From Octopus vulgaris (taxonomy: Eukaryota), in assembly GCA_951406725.2 (NCBI GenBank), contig OX597835.1, forward strand, positions 1,736,001 to 1,800,000: a stretch of 64,000 nucleotides of DNA, in the 5' to 3' direction. Positions within the stretch are counted from its first letter, which is position 1. Each line of letters opens with the position of its first letter. The notes beneath the pieces are model-generated. The model did not search any database, was not told where the DNA came from, and worked only from the letters and a program-made list of their open reading frames with translations. Both the position numbers and the translations under genes were made by a program. This document shows positions 1 through 11,987 of the stretch, piece by piece.

Positions 1-336
1 GAGTACATGTGTGTGTGTATGTGCATATGTGTGTCAGGAAACAGAGAGGCAAGAAGAGATCATGGAATATAAATGGAATAAAATTGAATCTAGAATGCAG
101 TGTTGAGTGCGTCCAACCCTCGGCTGTAGAGTGTCAACTCTGGGCATATTCCAGTCTTATCATACCTCATCAATAGGCAATATTGTTTTGTGCATGGACA
201 GGAAACGGGATGGCCATATCTGGTATGCTTTTGATCATAGGTCCACTCAATCATGATCAACTTGGATCTAAACAATATCACAACAGCAACATGATGCCAG
301 GACAATCTGAAATGAAATCTAGACAAACATACATAC

Positions 337-337
<1 letters not shown>

Positions 338-391
<54 letters not shown>

Positions 392-466
392 TAATAATAA
401 TAATAATAATAATAAGAAGAAGAAGAAGAAGAAGAAAAAGAATAATAATAATAATAATAATAATAA
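338..466. repeat. (AAT)n/(AAG)n trinucleotide microsatellite
   Basis: Direct reading; explains the poly-I and poly-N ORFs 90..533 and 183..500. Confidence 0.95.
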
Positions 467-1193
467 TGTGGAACCATGTCAGTTGGGTGATGGTTGGTAA
501 TAGATGATTAGTTTGGAAGTAATGTATTGCCAATATTATAAGTAGAGACTTGAAGATAAAAATCAGAAATGACTGATATAATTGAGTGGATATTGTTAAA
601 TAAGAATGTTTTTGAAGTCAGCTGATGTCAACATCATCTGGAAAGACTAAGGAAAGAATGAGGTCATCTATCGATTGCTGGTTTCTGTGGTGCTCCACAA
701 TCATAGCTTTATTTCTATTGAAGAATAAAAAAAAAATATAAAAAAAAGACATGTGAAGTACAAAGACACTTCACAAGGGGTGGTGATGAGGGGGGGAGAA
801 AATGCTGCTGACCACTGGTTCTTGGAAAGGAAATGTCGCTCCATGATTTTCAGAACTTCTAATGAGTAGCAGAGCTGAAACAGGAAAAATCTGCAGAGTT
901 CCATCTGATGTAATGGATGAATCATCATTGACATCCATCGTCATTGTATTCAGCATCATCATCATCATTGCCATCATCAGTATCATCGTCGTTGTCCTCG
1001 TCATCAAGAATATTTTTCGTGATGATCACATGGAGGAATGACAATCGCCTCCATTTTGGATTAACATGAAACCAATGGTAGCCTTAATATACAAATAAAG
1101 CATATATACATATATATATACATATATATATATACATATATACATGTATATATATGCTGGCGAATGAACGTATGGTGGACTAAGTTTATGCAA

Positions 1194-1283
1194 TGCTTAA
1201 CGATGCTGGAAATATAAGTACCAGGCTGCAATCTGCTCTGTCATGACTGCATTAAATAAATTTCTAGTGAAACAATTGTTGCA
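1194..1283 (+). ncRNA. Degenerate type I hammerhead-like motif (core mutated)
   Basis: TGC-TTAACGA-T-GCTGGAAAT(1205-1213)...ATTTCTAGT(1260-1268)-GAAA-CAATTG-TT-GCA. 9-bp stem II with G.U pairs, palindromic ACAATTGT stem III, 3-bp stem I. G5 of the CUGANGA box is A. Confidence 0.45.
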
Positions 1284-1290
1284 AACTTAC

Positions 1291-1334
<44 letters not shown>

Positions 1335-1338
1335 GACA

Positions 1339-1710
1339 GAGGAGTGGCTGTGTGGTAAGTAGCTTGCTTACCAACCACATGGTTCAAGGTTCTATTCCAC
1401 TGCGTAGCACCTTGGGCAAGTGTCTTCTAATATAGCATGTGGCCGGCCAAAACCTTGTGAGTGGATTTGGTAGATGGAAACTGAAAGAAGCCCGTCATAT
1501 ATGTGTGTCTGTGTGTGTGTTTGTGTGTCTGTCCACCCCTACTATCACTTCACAACCGATGCTGTGTGTTTACATCTCCCGTAACTTAGTAGTTCAGCAA
1601 AGAAGACTGATAGAATAAGTGTCGGGCTTGCAAAGAATGAGTCCTGGAGTTGATTTGTACAATTAAAAGGCAGTGCTCCAGCATGGTCACAGTCAAATGA
1701 CTGAAACAAA
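1339..1710 (+). mobile_element. tRNA-derived SINE, family A (head + internal TG microsatellite + tail)
   Basis: GGAGTGGCTGTGTGGTAAG head, CACCTTGGGCAAGTG CORE-like segment, tail GTGCTCCAGCATGG...ACTGAAACAA. More than 10 homologous pieces in the window. Confidence 0.85.
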
Positions 1711-2000
1711 GGTGCCACATGTAGGACTGAACCTGGAACCATGTGGTAGGGATGCAAACTTCTTACCACACAGCCACTCCTGTGCCAAATTGCCTCTCCT
1801 GCACCTACTACGCCTATATATGTATACACACACACACACACACTGAACATCTGTCTGTTTCTGTCTATTAAATCCACTCCCAGATTTTGGTCGGCCCAAA
1901 GCTATAATGGAAGACACTTACCCAAATGCTACACAGTGGGAGTGAACTCAGAACCATGTGGTTGGGGAGTAAGCTTCTTACCACACAGCCACACCTGTGC
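1711..2000 (-). mobile_element. Two SINE family A head fragments
   Basis: Reverse complements of the family A head (CTTACCACACAGCCAC) at ~1760-1780 and ~1975-1995. Confidence 0.75.
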
Positions 2001-3851
2001 CGCTCTGTCAGTTTCTTTTCACCAGGTGTTCAATATCATTAATTATCACTTTTAATTCAGGGGTAATTTTCTGCCAAGTGTTCCTTTTTTTGTGCTTCTT
2101 TTGAATACTTCTCCTTCTTGTGGGGCCAGAAATGTGTTTATAGTTTACAGAGCATCCTTGCATGAGATTTCAACTTAAATGACCAAACTAGCTTCGCTGC
2201 TTCCGAATTAATTTAGAAACGGTCTGCTAGTAAAAGTCAGTTTGATCTAATGATACTCCAAGGATTCACTGAAGACTTCCCAAAATATCTAAATTGCTCT
2301 GGAGTGACATCCATAATGTGGTGCCATAGACCAAAACAGGCAATACAGATAATCAATAATTGGTGAATGGCTGCGTAAAGAACATGAGAAAGTATAGGAG
2401 ATTCATAGAATCTTTTTTTTTGGTTTTTGAATTTTATTTATAATCTTGCTACTGAATAGTTGATTTTCTAGAAGAAACACTTTAATAATACCAGAAGAGA
2501 TGTGTGTGTATATATATGTATATTTTGCTAGAGATGCTTTCATAGAGTGATCGTGTAAACGTTCACATGCTAACACACATGCAAACACACACTCACACAT
2601 ACTTTCATCATGATGTGCCATTTCACAAATTTTAATAATCTTCAAGAGATGAGGTACTTATTTTTACTTTCTGTTCTATTAAGCAGATAGGAATCAAGGT
2701 GCTATTCTAAGAACCTCTTTGCAGTTCTGCTATTCGTCGTCCGCCTCCTCATCATTTCAGTGTCCATTTTTCTATGCTTAAATGAATCAGAATTTATTGA
2801 GGAAAATTTTTTATGGTTCAATACTCTATCACCGACCCTTGCCTGTTTCCAAGCATGGTAATGTTTCTCCAAAGTCAAACAGGTTTTTATAGCTGAGAAA
2901 CAATATCAGGAGGACCTGGTCCTGGCTCAAACCAAACTGCATCTCCCCTAAATTACATTTCTTCCTAATTCGTTGTGTTTCAACTCTTTCCTTTCATTTC
3001 ATAACTTGGTCCATCAGTTCGATGCCTCTTCAGTTGCTTCTTTCTCGTGGATGTATGTAGGGAGAGAATGGCTGGGAAGAGAGGATTAGTGCCAGGGATT
3101 ATTGAGAAAGCGGGGAACAGGGTGGGAAGGTGGTAAGGCGGATTGATTAGGAGGGGTCTGGAGCTATTCTATGTTTTAAGAGCAAAGATGGATGGAAAGT
3201 GCAAGTGAAAGGCGACAGGAAGAAACAGAAGACTCGAGTGAAGAAAATTTTGAGTGAAGGACTTCATCTTGAATGGTGGAAGTAAATGTCTGCTGGACGG
3301 GAATCGAAAAGAAGAAATGAATGGACAACAGCATGAAACGCAAGAGGATGACATAAACAAGGCTTTGGGTAATAAGGAATAGAAATGACCGAAACATCAA
3401 AAGATTACAATTTACCAAAAATAAGAAATAAAATGAATTCCTGTCATTTTCAATGGTTCCTCTGCTAAGTAGAAAGCAGTTAATTGGAAACTGGACTTAC
3501 AGAAATGACTCAAAACAGCCAGGGGTTTGTAATTTGAACATCAAAGACAAAGTTATAGTAAATAGTTTATGCAATAATTTCTTGATTTCTTGGAATTATC
3601 TTCACTTCCAGAGAGGCTGAACCAACCATTCAGTGGCAATTGGACAACTCCAAGCTAGAAAAGAGGATAGTCTTAAAAACCAAGAACCTTCCAAAACTGA
3701 CATGCCAATAAAGAAAAGACCATCTGATTGTCTTGGAGATAAAAGCTGTGTTTCGACTGCAATAGCTCTCATCAGCACAGCATTGTTCTACTTTATCTTC
3801 AACAGAAGAGACACTTAAACATAGACAAAAAAGAGTTGAACACATTTGTGA

Positions 3852-3890
<39 letters not shown>

Positions 3891-4664
3891 AAATCCATTT
3901 CTCCATGATTGCATGGGTTCGGGGAGTATTCACTGGACCCGTGACTTGCTACTTGTTACAGTTTGGTGTCATCTTCTAAAGATTGGCTTCTTCCACTCCT
4001 TCCCATGTCTTCCTTGGTCATCCTCACTTGTTGAGGTTCCTCTCATTTAGATTACCAGGCATTCTTTATCCTCCATACACACCACAGTTCTTCTCCTGCA
4101 GATTACATTTGATTTCTCTTTCACATGGTTCTTCTCTCAGCTCATTTTTGCTTTGTTGTTCATGCACACTAACATTACATACCTAACATAACATGCAGCT
4201 AGAATATGAAAGATGCTGGCTACGTTTCTGTCTAAACTTTGCACATTTTCTACATTCAGTACCCATGTTTCGTTACCAGACATCAAGTATCACTCTCAGT
4301 TAAAACACAAACTTACCATTTATTTATCCACTTGTCTGGCAACAATATCTCCACTCCACCCAAACCAGCAATGATATTCATCCAAAATTTATACCTTTGT
4401 TCCTTGCCTGTGAAGGGTTTGGTTGAGGATACTTTCTGCATACAGCAAACATTTATTTTCTTCCACTTCATTTTCTCTGCAATCTCTCCAGACCATCATT
4501 TCATTGTGTGAACAGTGATGGTAGCAGCCCCGAAGTTTTTGTGCCTGACGGGGGAAAAGGGAGCTTTCAATTGGGGTGGGTGGGGGTGGCTTGTGTTTGA
4601 TGTCTGTTTTCTGCTTCTGAAAGAAAGGAAGTTGGTGCAATTATTTGATGACAGTTAAGGAGTC

Positions 4665-4710
<46 letters not shown>

Positions 4711-5089
4711 CCTCTCTCTCACACACACACACATGCATATGTGTCATCACATTGGTCGTGGTGCATTTGCAGAGATTTCTGCTGCTGTTTTCTTGTTACC
4801 CGTAACCAGCCACATTCTTGAAAACTTATTATCTCATAGTTTCTGCCATTCTGTGCCCCCACAATTGATTATATTGACCCCAGTACTTATTTCATTGAGT
4901 CCCCTTCCCTTCCCGACCTAGGATCAATACTGGTGAGCTTCAAACTTGGAATCAAATGGAATGGAACTTTTGAACGGAAGGAATTTAATCAGTTGCTCTC
5001 TTCTTTCTGTCACTACCACTGCATTGATGAAAATGATGATGATGATGATAATGACAATGATGATGATGATGATGATTGATTGATTGATT

Positions 5090-5530
5090 ATTATTTCAAA
5101 TTTTGGTAGAAGGCCAGCAGGTTTGGGTGAGTGGGTAAGTTGATAATATCGACCCCCAGTGTTTGACTGGTACATATTTTAACAATCCTGAAAGTTTGAA
5201 AGGCAAAGTCAACCATGATGGAATTTGAACTCAGAACATAATGACAAAATACCAAGCATTTTGCCTGGTATGCTAACAATTCTGCCAGCTTGGACCTTAA
5301 AAAAAAAATAATGATAGTAATAATAATGATGATGATAATAATCCTTTCTACTATAGGCAAATGGTCTGAAATTTGAGAGTGAGAAGAGTTAATTAATTAC
5401 TTTGAATTCAGTAATTTTACTGGTCCTTTTATTTTATGAACTCTGAAAGAAACGAAGACAAACTAGATTTTGGCAGGAATTGAACTCAGAATGTAATGAG
5501 CTGCTGGAACAAATATCACAAGGTATTTTG
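5090..5530 (-). mobile_element. Two decayed SINE family B copies
   Basis: GAAAGGCAAAGTCAACC...GGAATTTGAACTCAGAAC...TTCTGCCAGCT, the reverse complement of the family B consensus seen at 60651. Confidence 0.7.
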
Positions 5531-5589
5531 TTAAACTTGTGGCATGAAATGAATCCCTGAAAGCAGGACATGAAGAATGGTTGAAGTCG

Positions 5590-6019
5590 AAGGTGAAAAG
5601 CAATAGAGTACCTGAAATATTGTTTGATTGAAGGTGAAGGTCAAAAGCAATAGAGTACCTGAAATATTGTTTGATTGAAGGTGAAGATGAAAAGCAATAG
5701 AGTACCTGAAATATTGTTTGATTGAAGGTGAAGGTGAAAAGCAATAGAGTACCTGAAATATTGTTTGATTGAAGGTGAAGGTGAAAAGCAATAGAGTACC
5801 TGAAATAATGTTTGATTGAAGGTGAAGGTGAAAAGCAATAGAGTACCTGAAATATTGTTTGATTGAAGGTGAAGGTGAAAAACAATAGAGTACCTGAAAT
5901 ATTGTTTGATTGAAGGTGAAGGTGAAAAGCAATAGAGTACCTGAAATATTGTTTGATTGAAGGTGAAGGTGAAAAGCAATAGAGTACCTGAAATATTGTT
6001 TGATTGAAGGTGAAGGTCA
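5590..6019. repeat. 47-bp minisatellite, ~9 near-identical copies
   Basis: Unit AAGGTGAAAAGCAATAGAGTACCTGAAATATTGTTTGATTGAAGGTG recurs every 47 nt (CAATAGAGTACC at 5601, 5648, 5695 ... 5977). Confidence 0.97.
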
Positions 6020-6307
6020 AGGATAAAAGTTGTATAGTTAGAGAATATATTTTGGCGAGTGAAGGATGTGAATGAGTGAAGAATATTCTTTTATTCTTAC
6101 GTGATCTGCAAAGCCTTGTTTGGAAGTTCTGTGAGCTCTTGTAAAATTCTGTCTGTGAATTCTTTCTGTTATAAATTTTTTGTGGTAACTGTAAACTCTG
6201 GCTTGATGCAAATTCAGAAACACGGCAGCTGCCAAGTCTACAGAAACGAAATGATGAGTGATGAGAATGCAGAAGGCTTCTTTTTGTTTTCATTTTTTCT
6301 GATTGAA

Positions 6308-6340
6308 ATGGAGGCAGGAAAAGACTCATCTGCTGCATGT
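6308..6340 (+). CDS. Candidate first coding exon of the nuclear receptor (MEAGKDSSAAC)
   Basis: GAAATGG start context, 11 codons, then a GTATGT donor in phase 0, compatible with the phase-0 acceptor at 10115. No homology support. Confidence 0.3.
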
Positions 6341-6796
6341 GTATGTTGCTGTTGTTGTTGCTGTTGTTTAGTCCCAGCAAATTGGCAGAGTAGTTAGGAT
6401 ATCAGTTAGAATGCTATGCAATATTTGCACACTGAGTTCAAATCCCACGAAGGCTGTTAACTAGGTCTTTCATCCTCATCAGCATTGATATGGAAAAATG
6501 CCAGAATCCAGGGCTGTGAATTGGTGGAATCATTTGTGCTGGATGAAATGATTTTGCATTATCAGTTCTGGTCCTCTGTGTTCTGGCAGCAACACTTGTG
6601 CTGAGCGGCATCAGCCTTGCTTTTTCCTTACCTGGAGAGGCCCTCCTACATGCATGGGCAACTGCTGGAGTACCACAAAGATCCTTGCTGAAGCATGCAT
6701 TTGATACAGGTGTACATAGATAGACAACTCTGACCAGGTGAGACTAAAGACTTACCTGGTCGGAGTTAGTTAGAGCTATTCAAAGGAAGTTGTCAT

Positions 6797-6897
6797 GGCA
6801 ATACCTGCTCAGAGGCCTACACAAAGTTGCAGAAAGTGTATGGAGAGGAGTGTATGAGCTGCACACAAGCGTACGAGTGGTTCAGCCGTTTCCAGTG
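6797..6897 (+). mobile_element. mariner transposase N-terminal HTH fragment
   Basis: Translates GNTCSEAYTKLQKVYGEECMSCTQAYEWFSRFQ, matching the mariner YGxxxMSxxxxYEWFxRF pattern. Confidence 0.7.
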
Positions 6898-7046
6898 ACA
6901 TGTAAAAAGCACTATCCGAACATGATCGATGCCAGGCCTGCCTGACTGGCTCCTGTGCTGGTGGCACATAAAAAGCACCCACCACACTCTTGGAGTGGTT
7001 GGTGATAGGAAGGGCATCCAGCTGTAGAGACATTGCCAGATCAGGT
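6898..7046 (+). mobile_element. RTE LINE 3'UTR fragment
   Basis: Homologous to 35700-35860 (AAAAGCACCCAC..., AGGAAGGGCATCCAGCTGTAGA). Confidence 0.75.
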
Positions 7047-7051
7047 TGGAG

Positions 7052-7308
7052 CCTACAGGAGTTGGAGTTGGAAGTTCTCCATCATCCACAATACTCACCT
7101 GATCTTGCTCCCACTGACTACTACTTCTTCCAGAATTTGGATAACTTTTTGATAGGAAAAAAATTGATTCCGATGATGCTGTAAAATAGGCCATCCAAGG
7201 TTTTATTGACTCTAGATTGCCAGGCTTTTACAGTTCCGGGTTGGACAGGCTACCACTGAAATGGCAAAAGTGTATTGACAATATGGGTGCATACTTTGGT
7301 GAATAAAA
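7052..7308 (+). mobile_element. mariner transposase C-terminal fragment (frameshifted)
   Basis: LQELELEVLHHPQYSPDLAPTDYYFF...LPLKWQKCIDNMGAYF; YSPDLAPxD is the mariner DD34D signature. Confidence 0.9.
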
Positions 7309-7900
7309 CTATTCCTTGTATTTATAAAACATTATCAAATTTTTTTTTTCTTTTCTACAAATTTCATACTTGATGACCTGATATATTATTATTATTATTA
7401 TAATAAACATATTGTAATCATTCTTTATCTGAAGAGTTTCTAATTGGAAATTCTTTACATGTCTACCTAACATGTAAATCTTTGTGATTCCTACTAGCAA
7501 ATGAAACATGTGTAATGAAGAGTAAATAATACCAAGTAATTTTCATGTTTTGTTTCACACACACACACACACACACACGAATAATGCGAGAAAACAGATG
7601 GAGAGAGATAAAAAAAAACAGAGAGAAATATGTATATATAGTGTTGGGTAAACAGCTAAACTATTTACTATAGCACAGTATAAGTATTGAAACAAAACAC
7701 CACAAGGTATCCTGTGTATTATTCTGTAATATGTATCCCCATGAGGATTGGTGCAGTGAACCAGTGATTGGCTGATGAGAAACCTATGATCAGATGTGAT
7801 ATTGTTCGCAAAATGTATGATATAAAAAAGATAATAAATGAATATGTTTATAGTCAATCAAGGCAATTGATATGTCTAACTTGCAATTTCTTCATTAGCT

Positions 7901-8122
7901 TATGAAGGGGTGGGGCTGAAAAGTTCCTGGCTTTAAGGGTATTGTGAAAGTCTTGGTTGGAGGCTAACCTTCCAAGTTCTTTTACAGGGCTTAGACAAAC
8001 TGAAGGACCACTGAAACAAGTATAAGAATCTGAGAGGGGAATATGTTGAGTAAAATCATAATTAACTGATCCTTCTCTGTTTTCTTTTACCCAAAGCCAG
8101 AAACTTTTCAGCATCCCTCGTA
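7901..8122 (+). mobile_element. Internally deleted mariner-derived MITE
   Basis: TA-flanked inverted ends ...GCTGAAAAGTTCCTGGCTTT / AAAGCCAGAAACTTTTCAGCATCCCTCG-TA. Internal remnant resembles a transposase C-terminus (LRGEYVE*). Confidence 0.75.
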
Positions 8123-8254
8123 TGATGTGTCACTGTGGTTTAACAACTTACCTGTCAAGTTTACATACAGGTGTACGGCTTAGAATGTGACACAAGTGAC
8201 CCAATCGTTAATGATGTGTTTGTTATATACTTACGTAATCAATTAATTGTCATC

Positions 8255-9415
8255 TTCAGTGGGTTTATCACAATCGATGCCATCAAGAAAATTTGTCACT
8301 ATAAATTTTGTCATCAGTAGCAGATGATATCATAGGAAATATCACAATGGCTATTGTCATAAAAAGTTTTATCTCATCAGATGTTTATCACAGTAAATGT
8401 TGTCAAAGTGAATTTATTACAAGGTATGATGTTAAAAGGAATATGATCGAAATAGGTGTGATCATGTGATCGAAATAGGTGTGATCATGAGAAGGTTTAT
8501 CACAAGACTAATGAGATTTGTAGGTATGCAGCATTTCGTTATGCAACACAGCATTTCGTTATAGTATATCAAGCATTTTTATAAGTTAATACCACGTTCT
8601 GCTCCGTTAGCAGTGCACTTTACATTCCTGGATACGAAATGTTGTAACAAAAATCAGTGCTGGCCATAATTTCTATAGAATATCTGTAGGGATTACCTTA
8701 ACAAGTTTATCACCTTAGATATTGCCATCGAAGTAGATTTATCGCAATCCAGATGTCACAGAAGGGTTTACTACAGCAGAAATGCAGTCTTTCGAAAGTT
8801 TATCCAACATGGAATGTCATATGAAAGTGTGTTTCAATAAATATCATCATAGGCGCAGGAGTGGCTGTGTGGTAAGTAGCTTGCTTACCAACCCCATGGT
8901 TCCGGGTTCAGTCCCCCTGCATGGTACCTTGGGCAAATGTCTTCTACTATAGCCTCAGGCCGACCAAAGCCTTGCGAGTGGATTTGGTAGATAGAAACTG
9001 AAAGAAGCCTGTCATATATATGTATATATATATGTGTGTGTTTGTGTGTGTTTGTCCTCCCAACATTGCTTGACAACCGATGCTGGTGGGTTCATGTCCC
9101 CGTAACTTAGTGGTTCGGCAAAAGAGACCGATAGAATAAGTACTAGGCATACAAAGAGTAAGTCCTGGGGTTGATTTGCTCGACTAAAGGAGGTGCTGCA
9201 GCATGGCCACAGTCAAATGCCTGAAAACAAGTAAAAGAGTAAAGAGAATGTCTAGGTTTATCACAATATACGATGTCATAGGTTTATTACAATGGACATT
9301 GCCTAGAAGATCTATCACAAAGTATGATGTTATATGGTCATAAGAAGAAGGTTTATTACAGACAGCTAATTATGTCATAAGGTGAGGTCATAAACAGGTT
9401 TATCACAATACATGG
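8255..9415. repeat. Highly degenerate ~25-32-bp tandem repeat (GTCATA...GGTTTATCACAA), interrupted by a SINE
   Basis: Repeated TTTATCAC/TTTATTAC cores preceded by GTCAT in 8260-8510, 8690-8850 and 9255-9410. Confidence 0.65.
8850..9248 (+). mobile_element. SINE family A, full length
   Basis: GGCGCAGGAGTGGCTGTGTGGTAAG (A-box-like), GGTTCAGTCCC (B-box-like), CORE-like segment, internal TA/TG tract, AAAAGAGT tail. Confidence 0.9.
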
Positions 9416-9710
9416 TTCCAAAAGTATGTGTGTGTGTGTGTGTTTATTATATGTTTTCTTATGATAAAAACAATTTTACATTGATCTGATGGCTCTATCC
9501 TTTAGAGGACAAATTTATTTTTCTTATACAATGTTGTTGACAGTGACTTTGAAGTTTCAGACAGCTAAGACACTGTTGGCAGTCTGATAATAGCCTAGCT
9601 AGCCAAAACTTTGAGACCGCTCTCAACAGCATTCTTGTATACAGATTATAAATACATGCATGCACGCACACACGCACTATATATATATTTATACATAGAG
9701 AGAGAGAGAA

Positions 9711-9745
<35 letters not shown>

Positions 9746-10114
9746 AAAAAGAGAGAGAGAGAGAGAAATGAATGAATTGTTATGTGTGTTGAGAGATGAA
9801 AATTAGATGGACAGAAAAGTTTGTTAGTTAATTTTTTGGCTCAAAAAGCAAAAAGCAAGGCCATGTAGGGGGACATGGAGTTATGTACAGGGTGGTGTTC
9901 ATGTAAAGAGTTCAGGCCACTTGTGGTCAAGGGAGACTTTGAACCAAGCGGTCGTCGGCATCTTCACCATCTCGTCCGGCAGCTTATTCCACGGATCCGC
10001 AACCCGGACGGAGAAAGCCCCTCTCCTTCGATTGAGATGAAATCGTCGCAGGTAGAGCTTTTGTTGTTTGGGTTTGGGTTTTTCCTTATCTGTGTGTTTC
10101 TTGCTTTTTTTCAG

Positions 10115-10477
10115 GAGTTAGCCGTACAAGCTTCACCCGAGATCAGTATTAAGGAATGTTTGATGAGCACGGAGGATTACGAAGAGGTGCAGTTCTCCAG
10201 TCTGTCCGGCACCTCGTTTATAATGTTGCAGAGCAAGAAGGAGAACATCGACGACAACAGCAACAGCAGCAGCAGCAACACTAACAACAACAACAACAGC
10301 AACAGCAGTAACAGCAACAACAACAACAACAACAACAGCAACAGCATAAAGAAGAAGAAGTTGAAAGATGAGAAGCGTTGTCGAGTTTGCGGAGATGTTG
10401 CCCTTGGTTACAACTTTGATGCAGTCACCTGTGAATCGTGCAAGGCATTCTTTCGACGAAATGCAAGAGGGAGCAAG
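10115..10477 (+). CDS. NR1J (HR96/DAF-12-like) nuclear receptor exon: N-terminal region, poly-N/S tract, zinc finger 1
   Basis: Polypyrimidine+CAG acceptor (10111-10114); CRVCGDVALGYNFDAVTCESCKAFFRRNA; donor AAG|GTTGGT in phase 0; in-frame ATG at 10163. Confidence 0.93.
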
Positions 10478-10500
10478 GTTGGTGATTTCCTTTTATTTTC

Positions 10501-10506
<6 letters not shown>

Positions 10507-10531
<25 letters not shown>

Positions 10532-10908
10532 CTCGTTTAACGTCCGCTTTCCATGCTGGCATGGGTTGGACGATTTGACTGAGGGCTGGCGAACCAGATG
10601 GCTATGACGGGCTCCAGTCTTGATCTGGCAGAGTTTCTACAGCTGGATGCCCTTCCTAATGCCAACCACTCCGAGAGTGTAGTGGGTGCTTTTACGTGCC
10701 ACTGGCACAAGGGCCAGTCAGGCGGCACTGGCAACGACCTCGCTCGAATGTTTTTACAAGTGCCACTAAGGCGACGCTGGTAACGATCACGCTCGAATGG
10801 TACCCTTTTACGTACCACCGGCACAGAAGCCAGTTAACCGCTCTGGCAACGATCACGCTCGGATGGTGCTCTTAGCACCCTACTAGCACGGGGCACAAGT
10901 GCCAGTAA
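10507..10908 (-). mobile_element. 5'-truncated RTE LINE 3' end with (GAT)n tail, in a receptor intron
   Basis: (CAT)n-CGTTTAACGTCCGC...GGATGCCCTTCCTAATGCCAACC, reverse complement of the 35330-35960 element end. Confidence 0.85.
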
Positions 10909-10909
10909 A

Positions 10910-11070
10910 GTGGTGTGGCTAAAAAGCTTGCATTACAAGCATGTGGTTTTCAGGTTCAGTCCCACTGTGAGGCACCATGGGTGAGTGTCTACCATAGGCC
11001 TGTGCCAAGCAATGCCTTGTGAGTGAATTTGGTAGACAGAAAACTGTGGAAGCCTGGCTTATGAATGTGT
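10910..11070 (+). mobile_element. SINE family A head
   Basis: GGTTCAGTCCCACTGTGAGGCACC...GCCTTGTGAGTGAATTTGGTAGACAGAAACTG. Confidence 0.75.
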
Positions 11071-11334
11071 GTGTGTGTGTGTGTGTGTGTGGCTCTTTCT
11101 GTTTGTACTTGTCTGCTTCCACTGCTTAAGCATGCGTATGTATGTACACACACACACACACATGACAAAAACACAGTCACGCATGTATGTTCTTCCAGGC
11201 AAACACGCATACATTCATGTGTTTATACCCAAATGTAGGAATTTACATACTTATGAACACCCACCCATACATGCATCCTAAACATATTCATGGATGCATG
11301 CATATATAGTAGGCACTAATGCACACATTCATAG

Positions 11335-11369
<35 letters not shown>

Positions 11370-11795
11370 CATACTCCACTTTCATACACTCCTACATCTG
11401 GTATACATACGCACACACACACACACACACACACACTTGCTGGCCTTGCTTCTGTCAGCTTCCAAGAGACCAAGGCACCACTAGCTTCCTGTCCACCCAT
11501 GCACCCCTAAAAAAACCTATACATTTTACCTCATCTGCCCTGTCTTCTCCCTTTCTTCCCCCTTCATTTTTTTATGTATTCCCCATCCATATTGTTAAAT
11601 GCCTTTGTAATGTTCCCCTCATCCGATGCCCCTTTGTCAAATAAAAGAAATTTATTATTTGTTTTCATTATTGTTATTGTTGTTATATTATAATTAACAT
11701 TTTTTATTTAAATTACCAATATTAGAAAAGAAGCTATTACCGATGTTATTAACGATATTAAAAAGCTTGCTTTGTTTCTGCCGTTTCTCTTCCAG

Positions 11796-11913
11796 CCGAC
11801 TCGGTGTTTGTTCCAAGGTAATTGTGCGATCGATGTAAGAACTCGCAGATTCTGCCCACATTGTCGTCTACAGAAATGTTTCTCTGTTGGTATGAAAAAG
11901 GACATGATTTTAG
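11796..11913 (+). CDS. NR1J nuclear receptor exon: zinc finger 2 and start of C-terminal extension
   Basis: Acceptor TTTCTCTTCCAG; PTRCLFQGNCAIDVRTRRFCPHCRLQKCFSVGMKKDMIL; donor TAG|GTGCAG in phase 1. Confidence 0.93.
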
Positions 11914-11956
11914 GTGCAGTATATTATTTAAAGCATGTATATATGTTTTGCCATCT

Positions 11957-11987
<31 letters not shown>

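Noticed and set aside
3633-3818. Protein-like 61-aa ORF as an upstream receptor exon
   Set aside because: No convincing donor or homology.
5463-6380. 305-aa and other repetitive minus-strand ORFs; CRISPR-like regularity
   Set aside because: Products of the 47-bp tandem repeat; units are contiguous with no unique spacers, and the context is eukaryotic.
8850-8925. tRNA-like sequences at SINE heads (also 51268-51340, 54085-54150)
   Set aside because: A/B boxes are present but there is no complete cloverleaf; they continue into SINE bodies.
9875-10114. 5' extension of ORF 9875..10540 (MELCTGW...)
   Set aside because: It runs through a polypyrimidine tract and CAG acceptor at 10114; most likely intronic sequence that is open by chance.
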